A stretch of DNA of 64,000 nt from a virus (IMGVR_UViG_2936413993_000002:11053-75052); one strand, 5' to 3'. Numbered from the stretch's first letter, positions 41,996 to 51,851 are shown. Made by a program: numbers and translations. The notes: a model not told the origin generated them from the sequence alone.

Positions 41996-42133
41996 TTCAA
42001 TCCATCTCCTTTTATAAATATCAATTCTAAGCCAAGTAATTCCATATATTCACATAAAAACTCCATATGAAATAGAAGGGGAAGGTATTTATAAGCTTAG
42101 AGTAATACCTAATAATATGTAATTTATTTATAT

Positions 42134-42343
42134 TTAAAAACCATTATATGTATTCATTTCTCTAATAATCTCATTAATTAGCTTTCTATGTTTCTTTGTA
42201 TCTATGTATTCGCCTTGCCACTTAAACACCTGATAAAAGAGTTCCATTTCGTAAGAAGCAGATCCTTCTAGCATCATTTCCTCAACATAACTTATCACCT
42301 CACTTAAAGTATGTCGTTTCATCTTGCTGTCCATCCATTTCAC
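42134..42343 (-). CDS. Hypothetical protein
   Basis: 69 aa; SD AAGGAGGTG. Confidence 0.6.
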   Translation of the reverse strand: MKWMDSKMKRHTLSEVISYVEEMMLEGSASYEMELFYQVFKWQGEYIDTKKHRKLINEIIREMNTYNGF

Positions 42344-42471
42344 CTCCTTATTTGTAATTTAATTATATTTAAAAGTAAAAAAAATAAAATTTCCCTTGTC
42401 TATATTTTACATTACAAATTGAGTTTTTGTCAATTTAATTATATTTAAAACGATATGAGGGAAGAAACAAA

Positions 42472-42693
42472 TTATTCTTCATCGTCTATGTATACAAATA
42501 AATCATCAACCTTACAATTCAATATGTAGGCAATTTTGAATGCTGTTTCAATCGGTGGATTGTTATGACCATTTTTCCAATTAGTTATTGTCTGTTTGCT
42601 GACAGCTAATCTTTGAGCAAGTTCGGTATTACTCATATTAGCTTCTGCTAGTTTTATCTTTAGTTTTGATTCCAACATTATAAGTTCCCCCAT
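42472..42693 (-). CDS. XRE-family HTH regulator
   Basis: MSNTELAQRLAVSKQTITNWKNG...IAYILNCKVDDLF. Confidence 0.88.
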   Translation of the reverse strand: MGELIMLESKLKIKLAEANMSNTELAQRLAVSKQTITNWKNGHNNPPIETAFKIAYILNCKVDDLFVYIDDEE

Positions 42694-42801
42694 TGTTTCT
42701 ACCCTCCTTTAAAATATACTTGTCTAAAATGATTATAGCAAGTCTATTAAGAAAAGTACAATTATTTTTATAAAAGTACAGATAAATTTATATTTTTCTC
42801 T

Positions 42802-42832
42802 TGCATACTGCTTGTTTTTAAGTTTATACTCT
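42802..42832 (+). promoter_or_regulatory. Possible sporulation-sigma (SigE/SigG-like) promoter of the wHTH-tubulin operon
   Basis: TGCATA-N17-TATACTCT; partial match to the SigE consensus. Confidence 0.3.
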
Positions 42833-42899
42833 AAATCAGATAGACGAATATCATAGAAAATATTCAACTATTTCTAGCGATAGTCAAAAATATTTAAAG

Positions 42900-43223
42900 A
42901 TGAAGGAGGTAGTCATCATTATTACCGATACTTATTTTTATGAAATAGTAGACAGTCTAACAGTTAAGGATTTCTTTTTGCTCAGTTATTTAACAGAGAA
43001 CAATGCAACTGAGAAATTTAAATCAATCAAAAGAAGAAAAGTTGCAGAAGACATGTTAAACAGTGATGCGAGGATCACAGAAGCGACACTAAGAAAATGT
43101 CTTTATCGTTTAGAGCCAATGAAATTTATTGAAATAGTAAGAGAAGAAAAAGAATATAAAATGTTCGTTACACCAAGAGGAATTGAAGCTTTACAAATCA
43201 AATTGGAAAATGAGGGGGAATAA
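42900..43223 (+). CDS. Winged-helix DNA-binding protein (possible TubR-like adaptor)
   Basis: ITEATLRKCLYRLEPMKFIE...MFVTPRGIEAL wHTH pattern; 3 nt upstream of the tubulin gene. Confidence 0.7.
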   Translation: MKEVVIIITDTYFYEIVDSLTVKDFFLLSYLTENNATEKFKSIKRRKVAEDMLNSDARITEATLRKCLYRLEPMKFIEIVREEKEYKMFVTPRGIEALQIKLENEGE

Positions 43224-43226
43224 TAT

Positions 43227-44348
43227 ATGTATTTTGGATTCATAGGTCTTGGGCAAGCAGGAGGCAATATTGCGGATTTGGCAGCTAAGCATTTTTACAC
43301 TAGTGTAGCGATAAATTACTCAGAAACTGATTTAAAATCAATTACTAATATACCTGAGGATATGATTCACTCTTTATTAGGTAGCGAAGGGGTAGGTAAA
43401 GATAGAGAATTAGCTAAACAACTAATGAGAGATAACTGGGAATCAACTGTAAACTTTGTTAAAAAGCATTTATCCAAACCATCAATTGAAGTTATTTTAG
43501 TCCCATTCGGTACAGGTGGGGGAAGTGGTTCAGGGATGAGCTCATTATTATTAGAAATACTATCTAATGAGATGCCTGATAAAACATTTGTAGCTTGTCC
43601 GATTTTACCTGCCAACAATGAAACACTCAATAATAAACTAAATTCGTTAGAGGCTCTTAGTGAGTTATCCGATTTAGAATTTTGCGTTATTCCAATTGAC
43701 AACAATACAGTTCTAACTAATAGTAATACTTTTATCTCTAAAAATATCATTTATAAGAAAACTAACGAGGAATTCATTTCAATGATTAATAAGCTGCTAG
43801 AATACACAAATAAAAGCAGTGAAAATGGAGTGATTGATAGAAAAGATTTGCGACAAATATTCTCGGTGAAAGGAGTGTCAGTCATAGGTGTAGCAAAAGT
43901 GATGGATGTTTCAGGGACAGCATTAACAACTGATCATTTTGCTAAGGAAATACAAGAATCATGGATTAACAGTATATTCGCTCCTATTGAATACGATCAA
44001 GTAATTAGAGCGGGAGTTATTTTCAATGGAGATGACTACTTAATGGAACTTATGGATTATGATGAAATATTTAATGTTTTTAAAAATAAGCGTCCGTATG
44101 ATCTTTTTGAAGGAAACTATAAAGAGAAAAGAGGAGAAGTAATTTCTATCCTTAGTGGTCTACCTTGGATTAACTCAAGAATGCAAGAATTAGATACATT
44201 AGCAGATGAAGAAGAGAATACTCTTAATGAAATCAAAGTTGTTGAGTATAAGCCAAAAGCTAGAAAGAAAAGTGTAATTCCAGTAAGAAGTAGTAGCGTC
44301 AAGGCAAAAAGTAATCCTACTGATGTTTTTAATAAATATCTTCGTTGA
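43227..44348 (+). CDS. Tubulin/FtsZ-family GTPase (TubZ/PhuZ-like)
   Basis: GLGQAGGNIA, GVGKD, tubulin signature GTGGGSGSG, IDN, T7-like IDRKDL; basic C-terminal tail. Confidence 0.9.
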   Translation: MYFGFIGLGQAGGNIADLAAKHFYTSVAINYSETDLKSITNIPEDMIHSLLGSEGVGKDRELAKQLMRDNWESTVNFVKKHLSKPSIEVILVPFGTGGGSGSGMSSLLLEILSNEMPDKTFVACPILPANNETLNNKLNSLEALSELSDLEFCVIPIDNNTVLTNSNTFISKNIIYKKTNEEFISMINKLLEYTNKSSENGVIDRKDLRQIFSVKGVSVIGVAKVMDVSGTALTTDHFAKEIQESWINSIFAPIEYDQVIRAGVIFNGDDYLMELMDYDEIFNVFKNKRPYDLFEGNYKEKRGEVISILSGLPWINSRMQELDTLADEEENTLNEIKVVEYKPKARKKSVIPVRSSSVKAKSNPTDVFNKYLR

Positions 44349-44403
44349 TATCTATTTATTTCTAGCAATATTTGAAAATATTCGCCACAGCAGGAGTGAT
44401 AAT

Positions 44404-44592
44404 ATGAAAATTTATCAGCATAAATGTAAATCGTGTAATCGAGAATATAAAGGTGTAAGCAAATTTCCAAGTATCTGCACAGAATGTAAAAGAATAATTA
44501 TCGAGTGGTATTCTACTATTGATTTACTAATAAAAGAAGGAATGACGCCTGAGACTGTTTTAGAAAAATTAAAACTATCCCCTCCTAAATAA
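44404..44592 (+). CDS. Small Zn-ribbon protein
   Basis: ATG at 44404 after SD AGGAG; CKSC...CTEC. Confidence 0.55.
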   Translation: MKIYQHKCKSCNREYKGVSKFPSICTECKRIIIEWYSTIDLLIKEGMTPETVLEKLKLSPPK

Positions 44593-44628
44593 GAGGGAGG
44601 GGTAATTATTATTCAATTTATAAAAACA

Positions 44629-44659
44629 GTCATATTTTCCAACATGCAAATCATATAAT
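44629..44659 (+). promoter_or_regulatory. SigE-like sporulation promoter upstream of the pilin-like/ATPase operon
   Basis: GTCATA-N17-CATATAAT, close to the B. subtilis SigE consensus (-35 tCATA, -10 CATAca-T). Confidence 0.5.
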
Positions 44660-44710
44660 TTTCCCGAAGGATAAAACCTTTTGACGTAGGGAAAATTTTA
44701 GATAGCTTGT

Positions 44711-44776
44711 TTAGAACGGTAATAATCCAATTGTAATCAACGTTAAACCAACCCCAATTAAAGTCGCAGTTATCAT
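44711..44776 (-). CDS. Putative 21-aa hydrophobic peptide
   Basis: SD AAAGGTGG then ATG; MITATLIGVGLTLITIGLLPF. Confidence 0.35.
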   Translation of the reverse strand: MITATLIGVGLTLITIGLLPF

Positions 44777-44854
44777 CTTAGATTCCACCTTTCCATCTTG
44801 TCTTGTTTTTAATATCTCCTAAATATAATTAAATTATTCTTTGAAGTGGGTGAA

Positions 44855-44962
44855 ATGATGATTCCTTTTTTCGGTATGCTTTTTACAACTATTGTTTACT
44901 GGGCTTTCGGTTTTAAACATGTAAAAAGAATGGAGGAAAAGAAAAATGATCATAAGGATTAA
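44855..44962 (+). CDS. Putative 35-aa membrane peptide
   Basis: MMIPFFGMLFTTIVYWAFGFKHVKRMEEKKNDHKD; overlaps the start of the next gene. Confidence 0.4.
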   Translation: MMIPFFGMLFTTIVYWAFGFKHVKRMEEKKNDHKD

Positions 44963-45410
44963 TGGCGAAGAAATCAACGAACAAATACATCGTGAAATTA
45001 TAGATATATCCGAATACTTACCAAAGACTAAAAAAGAAGCAAAGAAGATGAAAAAGTTAGCAACGTGGTTATGGGGGATATCGGGAGTGATGATGTCTCA
45101 AAGTAGAGTATTTGCTTCTACCACTGGTGGAATGAACATTTGGAATAGTATGCAACCCTTATGGGATGTTTTCAAGGATATTAGCATGGTTTGTGGGACG
45201 TTGGCACTCTTTATCGGAGTAATTACTTTTTTGTTTAAACGTAACGCAGGTAAACAAGTCATATTGACTTCAGTCATTGTAATTGCAGGATGTTTCTTAA
45301 TTCCTTCAGCAGTTATGTTATTTGCAATAATAGGTAATATGCTGAATGATGTTTTAACAGAAGCTTTCCAGAATATGAATTTCAAAGATAGTGTAAAGGT
45401 GGGAGGATAA
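44946..45410 (+). CDS. TrbC/VirB2 pilin-like membrane protein
   Basis: Leader ending in VFA|S, then two hydrophobic helices separated by FKRNAGKQ; SD GGAGG. Confidence 0.55.
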   Translation: MIIRINGEEINEQIHREIIDISEYLPKTKKEAKKMKKLATWLWGISGVMMSQSRVFASTTGGMNIWNSMQPLWDVFKDISMVCGTLALFIGVITFLFKRNAGKQVILTSVIVIAGCFLIPSAVMLFAIIGNMLNDVLTEAFQNMNFKDSVKVGG

Positions 45411-45559
45411 TGCTAAAGAAAATAATCTTTACTATTATTGGATTTATATTTGGATATTTAATCGGATTTCCATATGGGATTTATTACACTGTGGAAGCAA
45501 ATGATAATTACTTTTTACTTAAAGCTATCTCTGTTATTAAGGCTATGATCGGCTTATGA
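45410..45559 (+). CDS. 49-aa membrane protein (not in ORF track)
   Basis: MLKKIIFTIIGFIFGYLIGFPYGIYY...; SD GGGAGG; overlaps both neighbours (TAATG, ATGA). Confidence 0.6.
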   Translation: MLKKIIFTIIGFIFGYLIGFPYGIYYTVEANDNYFLLKAISVIKAMIGL

Positions 45560-47943
45560 AAATTATTATGTTGGGACATTTAAATGATCCATTAATTAAA
45601 AAGAAAGTAATAAAAAATACATTTCCCATGAAAGTGGAATTTACAGTTATTCCTAAAGTTGAACAAGTGATAGAAATACCTGAAGAACTGCAGCAAAAAG
45701 AATTCAAAATACCTGAAATAAAATTCAACTTCCAAATTCAACAACCAGAATTAGTAACTTATCAAATAAAACCAACTCCATCCACTAAAAATGATAAAGT
45801 GCATCTTCTATTAGATTATCTTTCCGACTCTTTTCAAGAATTAGCGCATATGACCAACCAATTCAAGATGGATAGTGATGGAATTACACTACCTGTTCAA
45901 AATAAGTTTTTCTTTGAAACAAAAATAACTAATAAAGAATATTCCAACTATATGACTTTCCCAAAAAATATTGAAGAAGAAACGCTTCAGACAATGAATT
46001 TTACATGGCATAAAGCAGCCAAGGTAAATGTTAGTAATCCCATACCTAACGTAACTAACCATACTGTATGTTTCGATTTAAAACTTAAATATACCCCTGG
46101 GTTATCACTATCAGTTGATCAACGTTTAAAGGAAAAGCCTATAAGAGAACTAATGGAACAATCACAATCCATTCGAAGTGGTGAAGATGTTTTTATACAA
46201 TTTGGCATTCAGCCTGCAGAGTTTGATTGGTGGAGAGAAGCTAAGAAAAGAAATTCTTCTCTTCCTAAACGTAAAAGTGTTTCTGAATCAAGCAATTCTA
46301 AATTAGGAAATCCAGCGTTTGATTGTTGTTTGAGAGTAATAGTAAATGGCGAGAGTATTAGAAGGTCAGAAATGATTTCGAGAGGGATCATATTAGCTTT
46401 AAAACAACTTAATGGAGACAATGAATTAGTTGAAATACAAATTAAAAACAAAAAACTATATAAATGGTATAAAAAATATGTGGAAAGAAGAAAAATCGAG
46501 ACTTATTTCTTTAACTTTAATAAGCGCTTTTTGTTGACTAGAAAAGAAATTAAACACTTTATTAAATTGCCTGAAAGAAATATACAAAAAGACTTTGACT
46601 TAGGTATTGACGAAAGACAAGAATTGTCTGTGAATAAAATGTTAACTAAAAAGGACGGTATTTTAATTGGTCACACGGAAGACAAAGGTAAACAGGTTGA
46701 GATAAGATTGCCAAGCGATAACTTGGATGCATTGTGTAATACTAATGTACTTACAGGGTCGCCAAGAATGGGAAAAGATACGGCTGCTATTAATATGATA
46801 GTTGAATTTGCTAACACAATAAATGCAGGAGCCATTGTACCTGATGTCATTGATGAAAAAGGAAACGGTCGTGGAATGTGTGATTCTTTATTAGAGTCAT
46901 TACCTAGTGATAGAATAATCGACATTAATCTCGGTGATTACAATAATCCTGTATATTTTGGATTAGAAGATGTAGCTCATTTAATCGGAGTAAATGGAAT
47001 GAACGTAATAGCTGATAATTTCACCAAAGTACTCGGACTAGAAGACACAACAACTTCTCAGGAAATCTGTTCATTGGTAGCTAAGGTATGTAAATGTAAT
47101 CTTTACGATATGTATTGTTGTCTAAAGTCTAAACAATTTGCAAACAGTATGTATGAAATTGTAAAAGAGGAAGATGAGTTACTAGCTTTAGAATATTATC
47201 ATGATTTCTTAAACGCTAAAAATGAAAAAGCAATAGCAACTGTAAAAACTAGACTGAAAATGATTTTAGGTAATCCGCATTTTAAGCATATGATTGCACA
47301 GGAGCCTAACAAGAATATTGATATTGAGAAATGGATTAGAGAAAGAAAAATAGTTCTGTTTAGAATGAAAAAAGTAAATATTGGAGATATAGGTGTTCAA
47401 ATACTTATGTATTTACTAACAATGAAAGTATTTTGGATTAAGAAAATTATCCAAACTGATGATCCTACATTGATTGTATTCAATGAACCACACCAGTTTA
47501 TGTCCGATGGCTTCCAAGAACTAGCTGAATCCATGATGGCTGAATGTCCAAAGTATAGATTGTGTATTAATTGGTTATTCCACAATCCAAGTCAACTACC
47601 GGATAAACTATGGAATATCATGAAATCTAGTAGTTGTAATAACTTCATATTTAAAAATACTAATTGGAAGATATACAATGACTTAAAAGAACAATTACAG
47701 CCAATAGAAGTGGAAACAGCTATGAAAACCAATCGTTACGAATCCATATTTATGCCTTTTATAAATGGTATGCAATTAGATCCTTTTTTTGTGAAAATGT
47801 TACCCCCTCCAGTTAAAAGAGGAATTAAATATGATAATGCAGATATTACTACCAAACATACAAGGAAATATGGCACTCCTGTAGAAGAAGTAAGGAAAAG
47901 AATAATGGAAATAGAATTAGCAATGTATAGTGAAAGTGCTTAG
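45556..47943 (+). CDS. VirD4/TraD-HerA-like P-loop ATPase (T4SS coupling/translocase-like)
   Basis: Walker A GSPRMGKD, Walker B IVFNEPHQF, E.PKYRL...HNPSQL motif; extended N-terminal domain. Confidence 0.75.
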   Translation: MKIIMLGHLNDPLIKKKVIKNTFPMKVEFTVIPKVEQVIEIPEELQQKEFKIPEIKFNFQIQQPELVTYQIKPTPSTKNDKVHLLLDYLSDSFQELAHMTNQFKMDSDGITLPVQNKFFFETKITNKEYSNYMTFPKNIEEETLQTMNFTWHKAAKVNVSNPIPNVTNHTVCFDLKLKYTPGLSLSVDQRLKEKPIRELMEQSQSIRSGEDVFIQFGIQPAEFDWWREAKKRNSSLPKRKSVSESSNSKLGNPAFDCCLRVIVNGESIRRSEMISRGIILALKQLNGDNELVEIQIKNKKLYKWYKKYVERRKIETYFFNFNKRFLLTRKEIKHFIKLPERNIQKDFDLGIDERQELSVNKMLTKKDGILIGHTEDKGKQVEIRLPSDNLDALCNTNVLTGSPRMGKDTAAINMIVEFANTINAGAIVPDVIDEKGNGRGMCDSLLESLPSDRIIDINLGDYNNPVYFGLEDVAHLIGVNGMNVIADNFTKVLGLEDTTTSQEICSLVAKVCKCNLYDMYCCLKSKQFANSMYEIVKEEDELLALEYYHDFLNAKNEKAIATVKTRLKMILGNPHFKHMIAQEPNKNIDIEKWIRERKIVLFRMKKVNIGDIGVQILMYLLTMKVFWIKKIIQTDDPTLIVFNEPHQFMSDGFQELAESMMAECPKYRLCINWLFHNPSQLPDKLWNIMKSSSCNNFIFKNTNWKIYNDLKEQLQPIEVETAMKTNRYESIFMPFINGMQLDPFFVKMLPPPVKRGIKYDNADITTKHTRKYGTPVEEVRKRIMEIELAMYSESA

Positions 47944-47973
47944 AGTGATGGTTTATTACTGTCACTCTATTTT
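47941..47973 (+). terminator. Terminator after the ATPase gene
   Basis: TAGAGTGATGG...CTGTCACTCTA followed by TTTT. Confidence 0.6.
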
Positions 47974-48186
47974 CTGTGTCTATATGACCAATTCTAAGGT
48001 ATTCAGGAGACTTACTGTGAGGATTTAAAGTAGGGAAGGTGTAAATGCTAGGGTATTTATTAGGACACTATATAAAGCTAATACGTAAGCTAGAATCAAT
48101 ACTGTAATTTAATTATAATTAAGTATTGTGTTTTAAATATAAATAAATTACAATTATGGTTATAAAACGATAAAGGAGAGGATTAT

Positions 48187-49974
48187 TTGACTGAACTGAA
48201 TGAGCAACAGAAAGCTGCAGTTGAAGTTACAGAAGGAGCTTTTGGTGTAATTGCAGGAGCCGGTAGTGGGAAAACGAGAATAATTTTAGAAAGGGTTAGG
48301 AATTTAATTGATGTTCATGGAGTGCCAGAAAATGAGATTCTTGCTATTAGCTTTACCAATAAAACTGCTACTGAATTAAAGAACAAATTATCAAAGATGG
48401 GATTTAACGATATTCACGTAGGAACATTTCACGCTATATGTGGAAGAATATTGGCTAAAACTGGGAGTTACATTAATAGTAGAAACTTAATTAAGGATTG
48501 GCAAATTGAAAATGAGTTTAAGCGAATTGATCCCAAGGTGAATACATCAGAAGTTTTGTCATGGATTTCATATCAAAAGAACTATATGAGAATGCCAAAT
48601 GATGAGTTTGTTTATAAAGAGAATAATTACACAGAAGATACATTAAGAATGCTCTATCTCACATATGAAGAGTTTAAGAAAAAGAAAAGGTTGTGTGACT
48701 TTGATGACTTTTTATTAGAGTGTTATAAGGTATTAAAGGAAAATCCAGATTTAACAGATTATACATATGTTCTTATTGACGAGCATCAGGATTCAAATCT
48801 TGTACAAAATGAGTTGCTAAAATTGTTAGCTAAGAAGGGTAATATATTCGCCGTGTATGATACCCGTCAGTCAATTTATAGCTTTAGAGCGGGAAACTTA
48901 GAATATGCAATGCAATTTCAAAAGGATTGGAATGCTAAAATACTCCATTTGGATATAAATTATCGCTCAACTAGAAATATTGTTAACTCAGCAAATGAAT
49001 TCATACGTCCTTATTTTGAACACTTTGAGCATTACCAAGATTCCATTCCGAATAGCAAAGAAGATGGGGAAATAACATTACATACATATCAAACTAGAGA
49101 AGATGAAGCTGTAAAAGTAGTTGACCATATTGAGAGATTAATAGAAGAAGGGGAAGAGCTAAAAGAAATATCTGTATTATATCGTATGAATGCCCATGCT
49201 GCTCATATAGAAAATGAACTGAGAGCAAGGGAGATTGATTACGATATTACATCTACAGATTCATTTTTCCAAAGGAAAGAAATACTGGCAATTATGAGTT
49301 ATTTAAGATTGGTACATAATTTGCAAGATGACGCAGCTTTCATAAACATATTCAATTTACGCAATGATCCATTAAAGTTTTTTAAGAATAGTGTGTTGAA
49401 GGATATCCAAGAACAATCTGCTAAGAATGGGCTATCTCTATATGAGAATTTCTTGGATTATAAGTTTGATGCTAAATGGCATTATGAGAAGAAGAATCAA
49501 TTTGAACAAAACATAAACAGGTTGAGAATGCAGAAGGAACGTAACATAGGAATTAAAAGTTTGATTGATAATATAATTAAATTGTTTAAATTAAAGAACT
49601 ACATATATGAAACTTATACTAATGAGGAAGAAATCCAGGAACGATTGAAAAACATGAACATACTGAAAGGGTTTGTTAAGACAGACAACTTAGAGGAGTT
49701 TATCAATTACGTTTATGGAACGAATTTGAGTAAGAAAGCTAAGAAGAATAGTGTTAAGTTGATGAGCGTTCATTCCTCAAAAGGTCTTGAATTTTCAAAT
49801 TGTTTCTTAGTTGGAGTAGAAGAAAAGAAATTTCCACATGAGAAGGCAAAGTTAGATGAGGAGAGTAGGCTCTGGTATGTTGCTGTGACGAGAAGTAAGA
49901 AGAACTTATACATAAGTCAAATTGGAGAAGGATCTCAATTTATTGAGGAGTATTTTGGAGATATGGTCAATTAA
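48187..49974 (+). CDS. UvrD/PcrA-family SF1 DNA helicase
   Basis: AGAGSGKT, FTNK, TFHA, DEHQD, QSIYSFR, NYRS, HSSKGLEF, YVAVTR motifs. Confidence 0.93.
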   Translation: MTELNEQQKAAVEVTEGAFGVIAGAGSGKTRIILERVRNLIDVHGVPENEILAISFTNKTATELKNKLSKMGFNDIHVGTFHAICGRILAKTGSYINSRNLIKDWQIENEFKRIDPKVNTSEVLSWISYQKNYMRMPNDEFVYKENNYTEDTLRMLYLTYEEFKKKKRLCDFDDFLLECYKVLKENPDLTDYTYVLIDEHQDSNLVQNELLKLLAKKGNIFAVYDTRQSIYSFRAGNLEYAMQFQKDWNAKILHLDINYRSTRNIVNSANEFIRPYFEHFEHYQDSIPNSKEDGEITLHTYQTREDEAVKVVDHIERLIEEGEELKEISVLYRMNAHAAHIENELRAREIDYDITSTDSFFQRKEILAIMSYLRLVHNLQDDAAFINIFNLRNDPLKFFKNSVLKDIQEQSAKNGLSLYENFLDYKFDAKWHYEKKNQFEQNINRLRMQKERNIGIKSLIDNIIKLFKLKNYIYETYTNEEEIQERLKNMNILKGFVKTDNLEEFINYVYGTNLSKKAKKNSVKLMSVHSSKGLEFSNCFLVGVEEKKFPHEKAKLDEESRLWYVAVTRSKKNLYISQIGEGSQFIEEYFGDMVN

Positions 49975-50012
49975 ATAAAAATAAATTATATAATACAAAG
50001 GATGATGTTGAG

Positions 50013-50804
50013 ATGGATTTAACTATTGTAGAACAAAATAATCAATTATTAGTGGATAGTCGTGAAGTTGCAGAAATGGTTGAAATAGAACATAAAGAAT
50101 TGTTGCGTAAAATTGAAGGTACTGAAAATGGTAAATATATAGGGTACATACCTACTTTAACTAAGGGGAAAATTCCCCCTAGTGACTTTTTTATTAAAAG
50201 TAATTATATAGATAGAACAGGAAGGAACGCAAAACACTATCTGTTAACCAAGAAGGGTTGCGATATGGTAGCAAATAAATTAACTGGTGAAAAGGGGATA
50301 TTATTCACCGCTACATACGTAACCAAGTTTGAAGAAATGGAAAATAAATTAAAACATGTTACATTACACTCTTACATGATTGAAGATCCAATTGCCCGTG
50401 CTGAAAAGTGGATTGAGGAGCAGAAGGAGAGGAAACGTATTGAAACTCAGAAGCTGATGTTAGAACAGCAAGTTAAAGAGTATGAACCTAAAGTAACTTA
50501 TTATGATGAGATTCTTAAATCTAAAACTGCTATGACAATTACTCAAATTGCTAAAGATTACGGAATGTCAGGTAAAGCAATGAATCAATTATTACATAAA
50601 GAGAAAGTACAATACAAACAAAGTGGTCAATGGTTATTATATAGTAATCATCAAGATAAAGGGTACACTAAGTCAGATACTCACTTAGATAAGAAAGGAA
50701 ATGCGCATATGAATACTAAATGGACACAGAAGGGTAGATTATTCATTTATGATTTATTAAAGCGTAAAGATGTTTTACCTGTCATGGAACAGAATGAAAA
50801 ATAA
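50013..50804 (+). CDS. Phage antirepressor, Rha N-terminal + KilAC C-terminal
   Basis: VDSREVAEMV...HKELLR, LTKKGCDMVANKLTGEKG, PKVTYYD, KWTQKGRLFI. Confidence 0.9.
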   Translation: MDLTIVEQNNQLLVDSREVAEMVEIEHKELLRKIEGTENGKYIGYIPTLTKGKIPPSDFFIKSNYIDRTGRNAKHYLLTKKGCDMVANKLTGEKGILFTATYVTKFEEMENKLKHVTLHSYMIEDPIARAEKWIEEQKERKRIETQKLMLEQQVKEYEPKVTYYDEILKSKTAMTITQIAKDYGMSGKAMNQLLHKEKVQYKQSGQWLLYSNHQDKGYTKSDTHLDKKGNAHMNTKWTQKGRLFIYDLLKRKDVLPVMEQNEK

Positions 50805-50883
50805 ATTTAACATACTAAAGTGAAACAAAACGGAATACATAATAATTTACAATTAATACCATAAATTACATAGCATATTACAG

Positions 50884-50918
50884 TTAGGTGGTTCAGTTGA
50901 TGAGCTGCCTATTTTTTA
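50884..50918 (+). terminator. Intrinsic terminator
   Basis: TAGGTGGTTCA...TGAGCTGCCTA followed by TTTTTT. Confidence 0.65.
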
Positions 50919-51052
50919 TGGAGAAAAGCGAAAATGGATAAGGTAGAAATATGGAGTAAATTAGAGATAAATGGAGTATAATGGTTGTTTTATGATAGAA
51001 ATACTGTGTGAATATAATATTTGGTAAAATTTAAGGTTATATGGTAGGTGGA

Positions 51053-51359
51053 AAATAGGGTGATTGAAATAGTGTAAAATAAGCCCCCGATAGAGGTGTA
51101 TCGTTGATAGGGTAAATACGAGGGTGAAAAGTGGGATGAAACGTTGATATATAAAGGTTTGTGAGGTGTTTTCTATATGTAAATTAGTGATTATCGAGGT
51201 GGAGTATCGTTCAGCCCTTATGTACCAAGGTATTGAGCCACTTTTAGGGTGAAAATGAGTGAAATTATGAAAATGTGAGGTTAGAGAAAGTCAATGATAC
51301 CAAGGGTTCTATCGACATGTTCCGATAGACTTTCCGATAGAAATAGGGTGAAAATGAGT
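51053..51359 (+). repeat. Cluster of short direct repeats in a long non-coding region
   Basis: TAGGGTGAAAATGAGT at 51245 and 51344, variants near 51056, 51108, 51120; TACCAAGG twice; CCGATAGA three times. Confidence 0.7.
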
Positions 51360-51851
51360 TAAAATGGAAAAATAAGTATGGTGTGTGGATGGAAGTGTTA
51401 GGGGGATTTTACCAGGTAATAAATGGGTTAAAAATGTAAACTATGCCCCCTCTTTATTACCATTTATTAGTAGAAAATAGCCTATTTTTACTCGAAAAAC
51501 CCAATAGAATAACCATTCCATCGGGATAAAGGAAATAAATGTAAGTTAAATTTGATCAATTCAACAGCTATTATGCACGCATGAAAAGGTTATTGATTGG
51601 TAAAGTTTGTAAAATTTTAAATTTGAAAATGATATAAATTCTAGATTGATAGTTACTTTTTACACCGTCGCCCGATAACCGTTCCGCACGAATCTATGTG
51701 TTATACTTATAATAGAACAGAATATATTCACCTTATATAATTAAATTGTACGCAATATAGTTTATCACTATCATATCATCCATTTGTACTATACATAATC
51801 ATTAATACAAATAATACAACAAAAATAAATCAATTTATTTATATTTAATCA

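Noticed and set aside
42752-42780. tubC centromere iterons upstream of the wHTH-tubulin genes
   Set aside because: Only two AAAAGTACA copies; equally explained as operators of the divergent XRE gene
43227-44348. Host cell-division FtsZ
   Set aside because: Divergent motifs (GQAGGN, GGGSGSG), no dcw cluster, phage context with an upstream wHTH
44946-47943. Complete conjugative element (ICE)
   Set aside because: No relaxase, second T4SS ATPase, VirB6/VirB8 or transfer hydrolase visible in the window
51053-51359. CRISPR array
   Set aside because: Repeats are short, degenerate and irregularly spaced; no cas genes in the window
51660-51710. dif/Xer or resolvase site
   Set aside because: Only vague resemblance; no match to the B. 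subtilis dif arms
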